From NCBI GenBank assembly GCA_022843165.1, contig JALHOD010000014.1:20035-84034 (forward strand): 64,000 bases of DNA, in the 5' to 3' direction. This document shows positions 45,760-55,202 of this stretch, piece by piece (within the stretch, counting starts at the first letter, position 1; every line of letters starts with the position of its first letter). The notes beneath the pieces were generated by a model that was not told the DNA's origin, did not search any database, and worked only from the letters and a program-made list of their open reading frames with translations. The stretch comes from Pseudorhodoplanes sp. Lineage in GTDB: Bacteria; Pseudomonadota; Alphaproteobacteria; Rhizobiales; Xanthobacteraceae. Position numbers and translations under genes: made by a program.

Positions 45760-48700
45760 CTAGGAGTCCTTGCCCGCTCCGGCCGGCAGCGGATGCCGCT
45801 TGCGCGAGACGCGGTCCTCGATCCAGCGCACCATGATGTAGAAGCCCGGCGTGAAAATCAGCCCGAATATTGTCACGCCAATCATTCCCGACACAACGGC
45901 GGTGCCGAGCGCCTGCCGCAGCTCTGCGCCGGCGCCGACCGCAACGGCCAGCGGCAGCACACCCAGAATGAAGGCGAGCGAGGTCATCAAGATCGGCCGC
46001 AACCGCAGTTCTGCGGCCTCGGTCGCCGCGGCGAAGCGATCCCGCCCTTGATCTTCGAGTTGCCGCGCAAACTCCACGATCAGGATCGCGTTCTTGGCCG
46101 CCAATCCGATCAGCACGATGAAGCCGACCTGCGTGAGGATGTTGTTGTCCTGCCCGCGCAACACGACGCCGGTGATCGAGGCGATCAGGCACATCGGCAC
46201 GATCAGGATGACCGCCAGCGGCAGAGTCAGGCTCTCATATTGCGCCGCCAGCACCAGGAACACGAACACGACGCCGAGCAGGAACGCGAAGATCGCGGTG
46301 TTGCCGGCCTTGATCTGCTGATAGGCCAGCGTCGTCCATTCATACGCGAAGCCGTCCGGCAGCGTTTCGGCGGCGAGCTTTTCCATGATGCCGATGGCCT
46401 GTCCCTGCGAAAAGCCGGGAGCTGCGGCGCCGTCGAGTTCGGCCGCCGGATAGATGTTGTAGCGCGGCACGCGGTACGGACCCGAAATGTCGCGCACCGT
46501 CGTGAAGGAGCCGATCGGCACGGTGTCGCCGCTGGAATTGCGTACGCGCAGATCGAGAATGTCCTTCGGCTGCATCCGGAACGGCGCGTCCGCCTGCGCC
46601 TGCACACGGAAGGTGCGGCCGAACAGGTTGAAGTCGTTGATATAGGACGAGCCGATATTGACTTGCAGCGCATTGAACACATCCGGCAGATCGATGCCGA
46701 GCAATTGTGCCTTGGTGCGATCGATGTCGAGATAGAGCTGTGGGGTCGAGACCTCGAACAGCGAGAAGACCTGCGCCAGGCCCGGCGTCTGCGCCGCGCG
46801 GCCCATCATCGCGCCCACCGCCTCCTGCAGCGCCTGCGGCCCGCGTCCGGCGCGATCCTCGACCATCATGCGGAATCCGCCGGCATTGCCGATGCCCTGC
46901 ACTGGCGGCGGCTGGACGACGATCACGAAGGCCTCCTGGATCGCGGCGTATTTTCCGAACAGCGCGCCCTGGATGGCGGCGGCGGATTGCGCGGGGTTCT
47001 GCGCGCGCTTTTCGAACGGGTCGAGGATGACGAAGATGGCGCCGGCGTTCGGCGCATTGGTGAAGGTCGCGCCGGAAAATCCCACGATATTGATGATGTT
47101 GCCGATGCCGGGCGTTTCGAGCGCCATGTTCGCCGCGCGCTTCATCACCTGGTCGGTCCGCTCCAGCGAGGCGCCGGGAGGCAGTTGCACCGCGACGATC
47201 AGATAGCCGCGGTCCTGCTGCGGAATGAAGCCTTGCGGCGCCTTGCGGAACTCGTTGAGACCAAGCGCGATGATGCCGGCATACAGCGCCAGCATGATCA
47301 CGACCATTCGGACGGTTCGTTCCGCGAGCCAGCCATAGCGCGACGACAGCCAGCCAAAACCGGCGTTGAACCCGCGGAAGAATCCGCGGATCGGCTTTTC
47401 CCACCAGCGCGGCTGATGCTGCTCGGTATGCGGTTTTAACAGCAGCGCGCACATGGCGGGCGACAGCGTCAGTGATACGATCAGCGAAATCACTGTCGCG
47501 CCGGCAATGGTCAGCGCGAACTGGCGGTAGAACTGACCGGAAATGCCGGTGATGAACGCAGCCGGCACGAACACCGCGCACAGCACGAGCGCGATCGCGA
47601 TCAGCGCGCCGCCGACTTCGTCCATCGAACGGATCGCCGCCTCGCGCGGGCTCAAGCCGCGCTCGATGTTGCGCTCGACATTCTCGACCACGACGATCGC
47701 GTCGTCGACCACGATACCGATCGCGAGCACCAGACCAAACAGCGACAGGTTGTTGATGGTGAAACCGAACAGGCTCATCATGAAAAAGGTGCCGACCAGC
47801 GAGATCGGAATGGCGACGATGGGAATCACCGCCGCCCGCCAGGTCTGCAGGAACAGCACGATCACCAGAACGACCAGAATGACCGCCTCGAAGATGGTTT
47901 CGACCACCGCCTCAACCGACTGGCGAATGAACTGCGTGGGATCGTAGATGATCGTGTATTTCAGGCCTTCCGGAAAATTCTTCGACAGGTCGGCCACTGT
48001 CTTGCGGATGCCGTCGCCGGTCGTCAGCGCGTTGGAGCCCGGCCGCTGGAACACGGCGAGCGCGACCGACGGATCACGGTTCAGGTAGGAGGCGGAGGAA
48101 TAGTCCTGCCCGGTCAGTTCGACGCGGGCGACGTCCTTCAGCCGCACCACGGCATTGGCGGTCTGCTTGACCACGATGTTGGAAAACTCGGCCGGTTCCG
48201 AGAGACGCCCCAAGGTACGCACCGCGACCTGGAACGCCAGTTGGTTCGGAGCCGGCGGCTGGTTCAGCACACCGGACGCCACCTGGATGTTCTGTCCCCG
48301 CAACGCCGCGGTGACATCCTGCGCCGTCATATTAAGGGATTGCAGGCGATTGGGATCGAGCCAGATCTGCATCGCAAAATCGCGCGCACCGAACACGGTG
48401 ATCGAGCCCACGCCGTCGAGCCGCGTGAGCACGTCCTTGATCTGCAGGTTGGCGTAATTGGTCAGATAGATGGTGTCGCGCGACTGGTCCGGCGAATAGA
48501 GGTTCACCACCATCAGGATGTCGGGCGAGCTCTTGGCGACCGTGACGCCGATCTGCTGCACTGCCTGCGGCAGTCGCGGCGTCGCGGTCGAGACGCGGTT
48601 CTGCACCTGCACCTGGGCGATGTCGAGATTGACGCCGAGATCGAAGGTCACCGAGATCGAAAACCGGCCGTCGGCGGTGGAGTTGGAGGAAATGTAGAGC

Positions 48701-48930
48701 ATCCCCTCCACGCCGTTGACCTGCTGCTCGATCGGCGCCGCGACGGTCTCCGCTACGGTTTCGGCGCTGGCGCCGGGATACTGGCCGGTGATGTTGATCA
48801 CCGGCGGGGCGATCTCCGGATATTGCGCGACCGGCAGGCGCACAAAGGAGACACCGCCCAGGATCACGAACACGATCGAGACGACGGCCGCGAAGATCGG
48901 CCGGTCGATGAAGAAATGGGAAATGCGCAT
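45760..48930 (-). CDS. RND efflux permease (HAE1, AcrB/MexB-like)
   Basis: MRISHFFIDRPIFAAVVSI start and 12-TM architecture with two large periplasmic loops. 1056 aa. Confidence 0.9.
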   Translation of the reverse strand: MRISHFFIDRPIFAAVVSIVFVILGGVSFVRLPVAQYPEIAPPVINITGQYPGASAETVAETVAAPIEQQVNGVEGMLYISSNSTADGRFSISVTFDLGVNLDIAQVQVQNRVSTATPRLPQAVQQIGVTVAKSSPDILMVVNLYSPDQSRDTIYLTNYANLQIKDVLTRLDGVGSITVFGARDFAMQIWLDPNRLQSLNMTAQDVTAALRGQNIQVASGVLNQPPAPNQLAFQVAVRTLGRLSEPAEFSNIVVKQTANAVVRLKDVARVELTGQDYSSASYLNRDPSVALAVFQRPGSNALTTGDGIRKTVADLSKNFPEGLKYTIIYDPTQFIRQSVEAVVETIFEAVILVVLVIVLFLQTWRAAVIPIVAIPISLVGTFFMMSLFGFTINNLSLFGLVLAIGIVVDDAIVVVENVERNIERGLSPREAAIRSMDEVGGALIAIALVLCAVFVPAAFITGISGQFYRQFALTIAGATVISLIVSLTLSPAMCALLLKPHTEQHQPRWWEKPIRGFFRGFNAGFGWLSSRYGWLAERTVRMVVIMLALYAGIIALGLNEFRKAPQGFIPQQDRGYLIVAVQLPPGASLERTDQVMKRAANMALETPGIGNIINIVGFSGATFTNAPNAGAIFVILDPFEKRAQNPAQSAAAIQGALFGKYAAIQEAFVIVVQPPPVQGIGNAGGFRMMVEDRAGRGPQALQEAVGAMMGRAAQTPGLAQVFSLFEVSTPQLYLDIDRTKAQLLGIDLPDVFNALQVNIGSSYINDFNLFGRTFRVQAQADAPFRMQPKDILDLRVRNSSGDTVPIGSFTTVRDISGPYRVPRYNIYPAAELDGAAAPGFSQGQAIGIMEKLAAETLPDGFAYEWTTLAYQQIKAGNTAIFAFLLGVVFVFLVLAAQYESLTLPLAVILIVPMCLIASITGVVLRGQDNNILTQVGFIVLIGLAAKNAILIVEFARQLEDQGRDRFAAATEAAELRLRPILMTSLAFILGVLPLAVAVGAGAELRQALGTAVVSGMIGVTIFGLIFTPGFYIMVRWIEDRVSRKRHPLPAGAGKDS

Positions 48931-48942
48931 GCCCGCGAGATC

Positions 48943-50127
48943 CTATTTCTTCTCGGGGGTCGCCGGCGTCGCCCCGTTGGTCTGGGGCTGCACCTTGGCA
49001 CCCGGCCGCGCGCGCGACAGGCCGACGACAATGACACGATCATCCGGCTCGAGACCGGTCTTGATGACGCGGTCGCCCTCGGCCAACTGGCCGAGCGTGA
49101 CGTACTTTTGCGCGACCGAATTATCCGGGCGCACGACATAGACGAATTTGCGGGCCTGCTCGCTGCCGATGGCGGAGTCGGGAATCAGCAAGGCCTCATA
49201 GCGTGGCGATCCCGGAACCTGGACACGCGCAAACATTCCCGGCGTGAAAATGTTGGCCTTGTTGGCAAACACGGCGCGGCCGCGAATGGTTCCGGTCGCC
49301 TTGTCGATGACGTTGTCGATGAAATCCATGCGACCAACATGAACGAAATCGTTCTCGTCGATCAGCTTCAGCCGCACCTGCGATGAACCCCCGCGGGTGG
49401 CGATATCGTTGCTCTTGGCGGCCATTCGCTCGTAACGGAGATAAGACCCCTCGTCGAACGTGAACTCGAAGCGGATCGGATCGGTGGAGACGATTGTCGC
49501 CAGCAAGGTCGTGGTGCCGCCACCGGTGCTTCCAGTCACAAGGTTGCCGGGCGAGACGCGCCTGTCACCGATGCGCCCCGACACCGGGGCGCGCAATTCG
49601 GTGAATTCGAGATCGAGTTCGACCTGGCGCACGGCCGCCTCCTGGGCGGCGACCGAGGCTTCAGCCACGCGCTTCACCTGGGTGCGCTGGTCGAATACCT
49701 GCTGGGTGATGGTCTTGTCGCGCACGAGCTGGGAGGCGCGCTCCAGATCGTTTTCCGCGAATGCAAGATCCGCGCGGGCACGCTGCAGATTGGCCTTGGC
49801 CTGATCAAGTGCGGTCTGGAACGGTCGGCGGTCGATGGTGAAAAGCAGGTCGCCCTCCTTCACCAGTTGCCCGTCGGTGAAATGCACCTTCTCGAGATAG
49901 CCGGAGACGCGCGCGCGCACCTCCACTGAATCGATCGCGATGAAACGTCCGACATACTCGTCGTAATCGATGATCTCGCGCTTGATCGGAACGGCGACCG
50001 TGACGGCGGGCGGCGGCGGTGCGGCCTGCTTTTGGGAACTGTCGCCGCAGGCGGCCAGCAATAAAAATACAAGCGGGGCCAATAAGCCAGCGCGTGCGGC
50101 CTTGAAGTCGTGCATATGAGTTTTCAT
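48943..50127 (-). CDS. RND periplasmic adaptor (MFP, AcrA-like) lipoprotein
   Basis: Lipobox LLLAACG, then hairpin, lipoyl and beta-barrel regions. ATG at 50127. Confidence 0.85.
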   Translation of the reverse strand: MKTHMHDFKAARAGLLAPLVFLLLAACGDSSQKQAAPPPPAVTVAVPIKREIIDYDEYVGRFIAIDSVEVRARVSGYLEKVHFTDGQLVKEGDLLFTIDRRPFQTALDQAKANLQRARADLAFAENDLERASQLVRDKTITQQVFDQRTQVKRVAEASVAAQEAAVRQVELDLEFTELRAPVSGRIGDRRVSPGNLVTGSTGGGTTTLLATIVSTDPIRFEFTFDEGSYLRYERMAAKSNDIATRGGSSQVRLKLIDENDFVHVGRMDFIDNVIDKATGTIRGRAVFANKANIFTPGMFARVQVPGSPRYEALLIPDSAIGSEQARKFVYVVRPDNSVAQKYVTLGQLAEGDRVIKTGLEPDDRVIVVGLSRARPGAKVQPQTNGATPATPEKK

Positions 50128-50301
50128 GGCGGGGGCGAGAAAATTGTCCTGCGTCAGCGTGACATCAAAATAGACTGCGCGGGTGAAGCTGCCCACCCGC
50201 GATATTCCCTGCCCTGAGAATTGCCATAACGGCGAACGGCAGATTTGTCCATCTCGCCCAAGGTCTCAGGGCGGACGCCTTGAACCCGGCCCGCGGGCTC
50301 C

Positions 50302-51828
50302 CTACTGACGGAAGCCGCGGAACCAGGGCAACCCAAGCAAGAGCAGGATCAGGGTGGCATAAAGCGCGCCCGCGCCCATCGCCAGCACAGCCAGGGTGGT
50401 TTCGTCCCGCAGCGCCGGCATGTGCGCAAACAGGCCCGCCACTGGCCCGGCCGCCAGCAAAATTGCGAGGCCAAGAATACAGCCTGCGATAGCCAGCCGG
50501 ATCAGCGAGCGCTTGAGCCGCTCATCCCACCCGATCAAATTCTCGCGCGCCGCCAGCCAGATAACGAGGCCAAGATTGACCCAGGCCCCGATCGCGGTCG
50601 CGAGCGCCAGACCCACCTGGGCCAGGTGCCCCATCAACAGAATCTTGAACACGATATTCACCGCCGCTGCCGTAAGCGACGCTTTCACCGGCGTCGCCGT
50701 ATCGCCGCGCGCGAAGAAGGTCGCCGTCAGGCTGCGAATCAGCACGAAGGGAAAAAGCCCGAGCGCATAGGCCGCCAAGGTCGCGGCGGCGGCGGACGCA
50801 TCATTCGCCGTGAACGCTCCCCGCAAAAACAGGGCGCGCATGATCAATTCGGGAACGATCAGAAATGCGATCACACAGGGAATCGAGAGCAGCAGCGTCA
50901 ATTCGATCGCGCGATTCTGTGCGTGCCGTGCCCCGGTCTCGTCGCTGAGCGCAATGCGGCGCGCCATTTCCGGCAGCAGCACCGTGCCGACAGCAATTCC
51001 GATGACGCCGATCGGCAACTGGTTCAGCCGGTCGGCGTAATAGAGCGCCGACACAGCGCCGGTGACCAGAAAGCTCGCGATCACCGTGTCAGCGAACAGG
51101 GCCAGCTGCACGCCGGCCGACCCCACGGTGGCGGGCCCAAGCGCGCGAAAGAATTTCCGGATATCGTTATCGAGGCGTGGGCGCCGGAAGGTTGCGAGTA
51201 CGTTTGCGCGCCCGGCAGCCCCCATCAGCAGCAAGGCTTCCAGAACGCCTGCCGCCAGCACCCCCCAAGCGGCGGCATGTCCGGCAGTCGGGAAGAACGT
51301 CGCCAAAGCCAACGCCGTGATCATCGACAGATTGAGCAGGATCGGTGCCGCAGCTGCGGCGGCAAACCGATGAATGGCGTTGAGAATGCCGCCATAAAGC
51401 GTCACCAGCGTGATCAACAGCAAGTATGGAAAGGTGATGCGCGTGAAGTCGACCGCGAGCGCATAACGTTGCGGGTCTTCGTTGAAACCGGGCGCGAGCA
51501 GCGACACAACCTGTGGCATAAACATCAGCGCGACCGCGAGCAGCACGACCTGGGTCACGAACAGCATGGTGAAGACCTGGTCGGCGAAGACCTTGGCCGA
51601 ATCCGCGCCGCCCTGCTCGCGAATGCGGGCATAAGCGGGCACGAAGGCGGCGTTGAACGCGCCTTCGGCGAAAATCGCACGAAAATGATTTGGCAGCCGG
51701 AGCGCCACGAAAAAAGCATCCGCCACCGGACCGGCACCGAGCACGGCCGCCAGCACGACATCACGGGCAAAGCCGGTGATGCGCGACAGAAGCGTGAAGC
51801 CGCCAACGGTGAAGATACGTCCGATCAC
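50302..51828 (-). CDS. murJ: Lipid II flippase MurJ (MviN)
   Basis: MIGRIFTVGGFTLLSRITGFARDVVLAAVLGAG start. 14 TM segments. Confidence 0.9.
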   Translation of the reverse strand: MIGRIFTVGGFTLLSRITGFARDVVLAAVLGAGPVADAFFVALRLPNHFRAIFAEGAFNAAFVPAYARIREQGGADSAKVFADQVFTMLFVTQVVLLAVALMFMPQVVSLLAPGFNEDPQRYALAVDFTRITFPYLLLITLVTLYGGILNAIHRFAAAAAAPILLNLSMITALALATFFPTAGHAAAWGVLAAGVLEALLLMGAAGRANVLATFRRPRLDNDIRKFFRALGPATVGSAGVQLALFADTVIASFLVTGAVSALYYADRLNQLPIGVIGIAVGTVLLPEMARRIALSDETGARHAQNRAIELTLLLSIPCVIAFLIVPELIMRALFLRGAFTANDASAAAATLAAYALGLFPFVLIRSLTATFFARGDTATPVKASLTAAAVNIVFKILLMGHLAQVGLALATAIGAWVNLGLVIWLAARENLIGWDERLKRSLIRLAIAGCILGLAILLAAGPVAGLFAHMPALRDETTLAVLAMGAGALYATLILLLLGLPWFRGFRQ

Positions 51829-51984
51829 GTGCGATCCATCGCCCAGGTTCTCGTGGAACGCAGACTAGAGGCTTGGGGCCGGACTTGTCCCGCCCTTCCC
51901 GGCTTGCGCCCTTGCTTTATCCCAAGACGCGAATGCCCGACACAGGGCCGGGCATTCGAGACAGACAGAAATCCGGTCAGGCCG

Positions 51985-53148
51985 TCATTTCCCGAGCGCG
52001 CAGCGCACGGCATCAATGATGCGATCCTGCGTCGGTTCGTCGATATAAGCATGCATGGGCAGGCTGATGACCTCGTCGGCCAGTTTGTCGGTGACCGGCA
52101 GGCCGCCCTCCGCCACCGGATAATGGCTGTAGGCCGTCTGGCGGTGCAGCGGCTTGGGATAATAGATTGCGGTCGGGATGCCCTCGGCCGACAGCGTCTT
52201 GGCAAGATCATCGCGCCGGCCGGGTTTCAGCCGCAGCGTGTATTGCGCCCAGACCGACAGATAATCCTTCGCCACCACCGGCACGATTGCGACATCCGCC
52301 AGCGCCTTGGAATAGCGTTTTGCGATACGATTGCGGGCTTCGATCTCGTCCGGGAAAATGTTGAGTTTCTCGATCAGCACCGCCGCCTGGATGGTGTCGA
52401 GGCGCGCGGTCAGGCCGATGCGCACGTTGTCGTATTTGTCGGTACCGCTGCCGTGAACGCGCACGCTCTTGAGCACGGCGAGCAGCTCATCGTCGTCGGT
52501 CAGGATCGCACCACCATCGCCATAGCAGCCCAGCGGCTTGGCCGGAAAGAAACTGGTCGCGGTCGCATGCCCGAGTGTACCGATCTTGCGGCCCCTGTAG
52601 AGACCGCCAAAGCCCTGCGCCGCGTCGTCGAGAATGAAGAGATTTTCTGTCCTGGCGATGTCGGCGATGGGATCGTGATCTGCCGGCAGCCCGAACAGAT
52701 CGACCGGGATGACAGCTTTGGGCTTCAGGCCCTTCGCCTTGGCAGTTGCAATCGCCTTTTTTAGGCTGGCGGCGTCCATGTTGAAACTGTCGGCATGCAC
52801 GTCGACGAAGACCGGCGTGGCGCCCAGCAGGGCGGCGGCTTCCGCCGTCGCGCAGAACGTGAAAGCCGGACAGAACACGGCGTCACCGGGCCCGAAACCT
52901 TTCGCAAGCAGCACCATGACCAGTGCGTCGGTGCCGCTGGCGCAGGAAACCGCATGCCGGGCGCCACAGAACGCCGCCAGCCGTTGCTCGAATTCGATGA
53001 CCTCCGGCCCCATCAGGAACTGGCAGTGCGACAGCACACGGCCGACGGCGACGTCGATCGCGTTGCCAAGCCGCCGGCGCTGCGCGCCAACATCGATGAA
53101 TGGGATGGGTTGCGTGTTGATACGGGCGTGCTGGTTCATCGGGTCCAC
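51985..53148 (-). CDS. DegT/DnrJ/EryC1 family sugar aminotransferase (GnnB/WbpE-like)
   Basis: Fold-type I sugar aminotransferase blocks and a PLP Lys region FFPAKPLGCYGDGG. Confidence 0.85.
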   Translation of the reverse strand: MDPMNQHARINTQPIPFIDVGAQRRRLGNAIDVAVGRVLSHCQFLMGPEVIEFEQRLAAFCGARHAVSCASGTDALVMVLLAKGFGPGDAVFCPAFTFCATAEAAALLGATPVFVDVHADSFNMDAASLKKAIATAKAKGLKPKAVIPVDLFGLPADHDPIADIARTENLFILDDAAQGFGGLYRGRKIGTLGHATATSFFPAKPLGCYGDGGAILTDDDELLAVLKSVRVHGSGTDKYDNVRIGLTARLDTIQAAVLIEKLNIFPDEIEARNRIAKRYSKALADVAIVPVVAKDYLSVWAQYTLRLKPGRRDDLAKTLSAEGIPTAIYYPKPLHRQTAYSHYPVAEGGLPVTDKLADEVISLPMHAYIDEPTQDRIIDAVRCALGK

Positions 53149-53168
53149 GAAACAGAAGATGGAAAAAA

Positions 53169-54167
53169 TCAGCCGGCGACGCGGAGCGGTCGCGGCGGCG
53201 CAACGGTGGACGGCTGACGGCCTTCGAGGCAGCGCATCGCGACGCTGAGACTGGCAACACCCTGCTCGCCGGTGACCGGCGGCGCCTTGCCGTCCCTGAT
53301 TGCGTTTACGAAAGCCATGAGTTCAGCGCGCAACGGCTCGTCATGCCCGACGGACAGATGCCGCATCGAATAGCTGCCGTCGGCCTGGAAACCGAAACAT
53401 TCGGTCACCTGCCGGGTCAGCAGGTCCCCCATCAGATACTTCTTGCGCGTCGCGACATGCACGGTGCGCGCCTTGAACGGCGTCAGCCAGTTGGTGTTGA
53501 TATGCGCCAGCACGCCGGAGGCGGTGCGGAATTGCAGCAACGCAATGTCCTCACGTTCGGCAACCGCGCTCGAAACCTGCGGCTGCACATCGACGATTTC
53601 CGAGTCGGTGAACCACTGGATCAGGTCGATATCGTGTACGGCGAGATCGATCACAACGCCGACATTCGACATGCGCGGCGGAAACGGACCGACGCGGGTG
53701 ATGGCAACAGAAAGAATGTCTTCGTTCTGCAGCGCGTCCTTGATCGCCTTGACGGCGGGATTGAATCGCTCGACATGGCCGACCATCAGCGTCACGCCGG
53801 CCTTGCGGGCGGCCGCGATGATGTCGCGGCCTTCCTCGACATTGGACGCGATCGGCTTCTCCACCAGCACATGCAGGCCGCGTGCGATGCATTTCTGCGC
53901 CATCTCGTGATGCAGATGGGTCGGCGCGGCGATGGTGACGGCATCGATATCGAGCGCCAGCAATTCTTCCGGGGTCTCTACCGCGGGCGTGCCAAGGACG
54001 CGGGTCACGAGGTCGCGCTGCGCCTGGCTGGGATCGGCCACGGCAACAAGTTGCACCTCCGGCAGGCTCGCAAAGACACGGGCGTGGTTGGCACCCATGA
54101 TGCCCACGCCGATAACGCCGACCCGCAGCGGCTGTCCCGCGCTGCCTTTCACGCTTGAAGAAGTCAT
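53169..54167 (-). CDS. Gfo/Idh/MocA NAD-dependent sugar oxidoreductase (GnnA/WbpB-like)
   Basis: LRVGVIGVGIMGANHARV Rossmann motif, with EKP and GHVERFNP blocks. Confidence 0.85.
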   Translation of the reverse strand: MTSSSVKGSAGQPLRVGVIGVGIMGANHARVFASLPEVQLVAVADPSQAQRDLVTRVLGTPAVETPEELLALDIDAVTIAAPTHLHHEMAQKCIARGLHVLVEKPIASNVEEGRDIIAAARKAGVTLMVGHVERFNPAVKAIKDALQNEDILSVAITRVGPFPPRMSNVGVVIDLAVHDIDLIQWFTDSEIVDVQPQVSSAVAEREDIALLQFRTASGVLAHINTNWLTPFKARTVHVATRKKYLMGDLLTRQVTECFGFQADGSYSMRHLSVGHDEPLRAELMAFVNAIRDGKAPPVTGEQGVASLSVAMRCLEGRQPSTVAPPRPLRVAG

Positions 54168-54332
54168 GTCTGACGCAACCCCCACGGCCCCTGACCGAGG
54201 CTGTTCCCTAGCATGGCGAACCCGCGCTGGCGACTTGCCCCGCGGATGGTCCGGACACGTTTTGATTCAAAGCGTTACAGCAGATTCCGGCGCAAAAACC
54301 CGCACTTAGCGCCCATTTGGAAGGCTTCCAGC

Positions 54333-55085
54333 CTATTCCGCCGCCCGCACCGTCCCGGGCAAAGCAAGGCTCAATCCCGCGGCTATGGCGTCCTCGCGAA
54401 AGGCCTTCACCGCCTCGGCGGACAGCTGGGCACCCGTCCTGGTGCCCAGGACCTGCAGCTTTTTGAGGATGTCAGCCGGCGCCGTAATGATGTGGCAGTC
54501 CATCTCATGCGCCTCCACCACGTTAAAAACCTCTCGGGTCGAGGCCCAGATCACCTCAACATTCGGGGTCCGGCGGGCACGCGCCACCGCATCGGCGATC
54601 AACGGCCGGTAATCGATGCCGAAATCCGCGAGCCGTCCTGCAAAGACCGAGACGCAGCCCGCCGCTCCGCCTGCCAGCGAGTCCACGGCGCGGGCGATCT
54701 GATCGGCGGTGAAAATCGCGGTCAGGTTGATCTTCACGCCGTCCTGAGACAGCCCGCGCACCGCGTCGAACAGCGGCTCCTGGCGCGTGGTGATGACCGG
54801 CAACTTGACGAAGACATTGGGACCCCAGGTCGTGATCACCCGCGCCTGCGCCACCATTTCCGGAATGTCGTCGGAAAAAACCTCGAAGGAGATGTGCCGG
54901 TCGGGCACTGCGGCGACGACATCGCGGGCGAACGCCTCATAATCCTTCACGCCCGCTTTCTTGAGCAGGGAGGGATTGGTGGTGAAGCCCGCAATCCATG
55001 TGCTCTTCGCCATCTCGACGATCTGCGCCTTGTCGGCGCCGTCGGTGAAGAGCTTGACTTTAAGGTCGTGAAGCGTGGCCGTCAT
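54333..55085 (-). CDS. Transaldolase-family protein
   Basis: GFTTNPSLL and Schiff-base Lys context NVFVKLPV. 250 aa. Confidence 0.75.
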   Translation of the reverse strand: MTATLHDLKVKLFTDGADKAQIVEMAKSTWIAGFTTNPSLLKKAGVKDYEAFARDVVAAVPDRHISFEVFSDDIPEMVAQARVITTWGPNVFVKLPVITTRQEPLFDAVRGLSQDGVKINLTAIFTADQIARAVDSLAGGAAGCVSVFAGRLADFGIDYRPLIADAVARARRTPNVEVIWASTREVFNVVEAHEMDCHIITAPADILKKLQVLGTRTGAQLSAEAVKAFREDAIAAGLSLALPGTVRAAE

Positions 55086-55202
55086 TGATGGAAATCCTGC
55101 ATGCAAGCGGTCCGTTTCTAGCATGGATCACGTGAAGCCTGCTAGATTGTCCAATTCAAGGCGCCCCCTCTTCAGCGTCACAACGCCTCCGAGCCAGCAT
55201 CC

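Noticed and set aside
45746-46192. N-terminal extension of the CoxL-like ORF (track gives 43445..46192, 915 aa)
   Set aside because: The extension overlaps the 3' end of the RND gene in another frame and is Arg-rich. The canonical CoxL-type N-terminus MKFGVGQALVRKEDD starts at ATG 45745 behind an RBS.
50422-52764. 780-aa plus-strand ORF antisense to murJ and the aminotransferase gene
   Set aside because: It is an antisense artefact that spans an intergenic REP-like region. Its composition is dominated by R, G, D and Q.
54255-54275. ttgattcaa upstream of the oxidoreductase gene as an FNR/FixK box
   Set aside because: The spacing is wrong: TTGA-N1-TCAA instead of TTGAT-N4-ATCAA.
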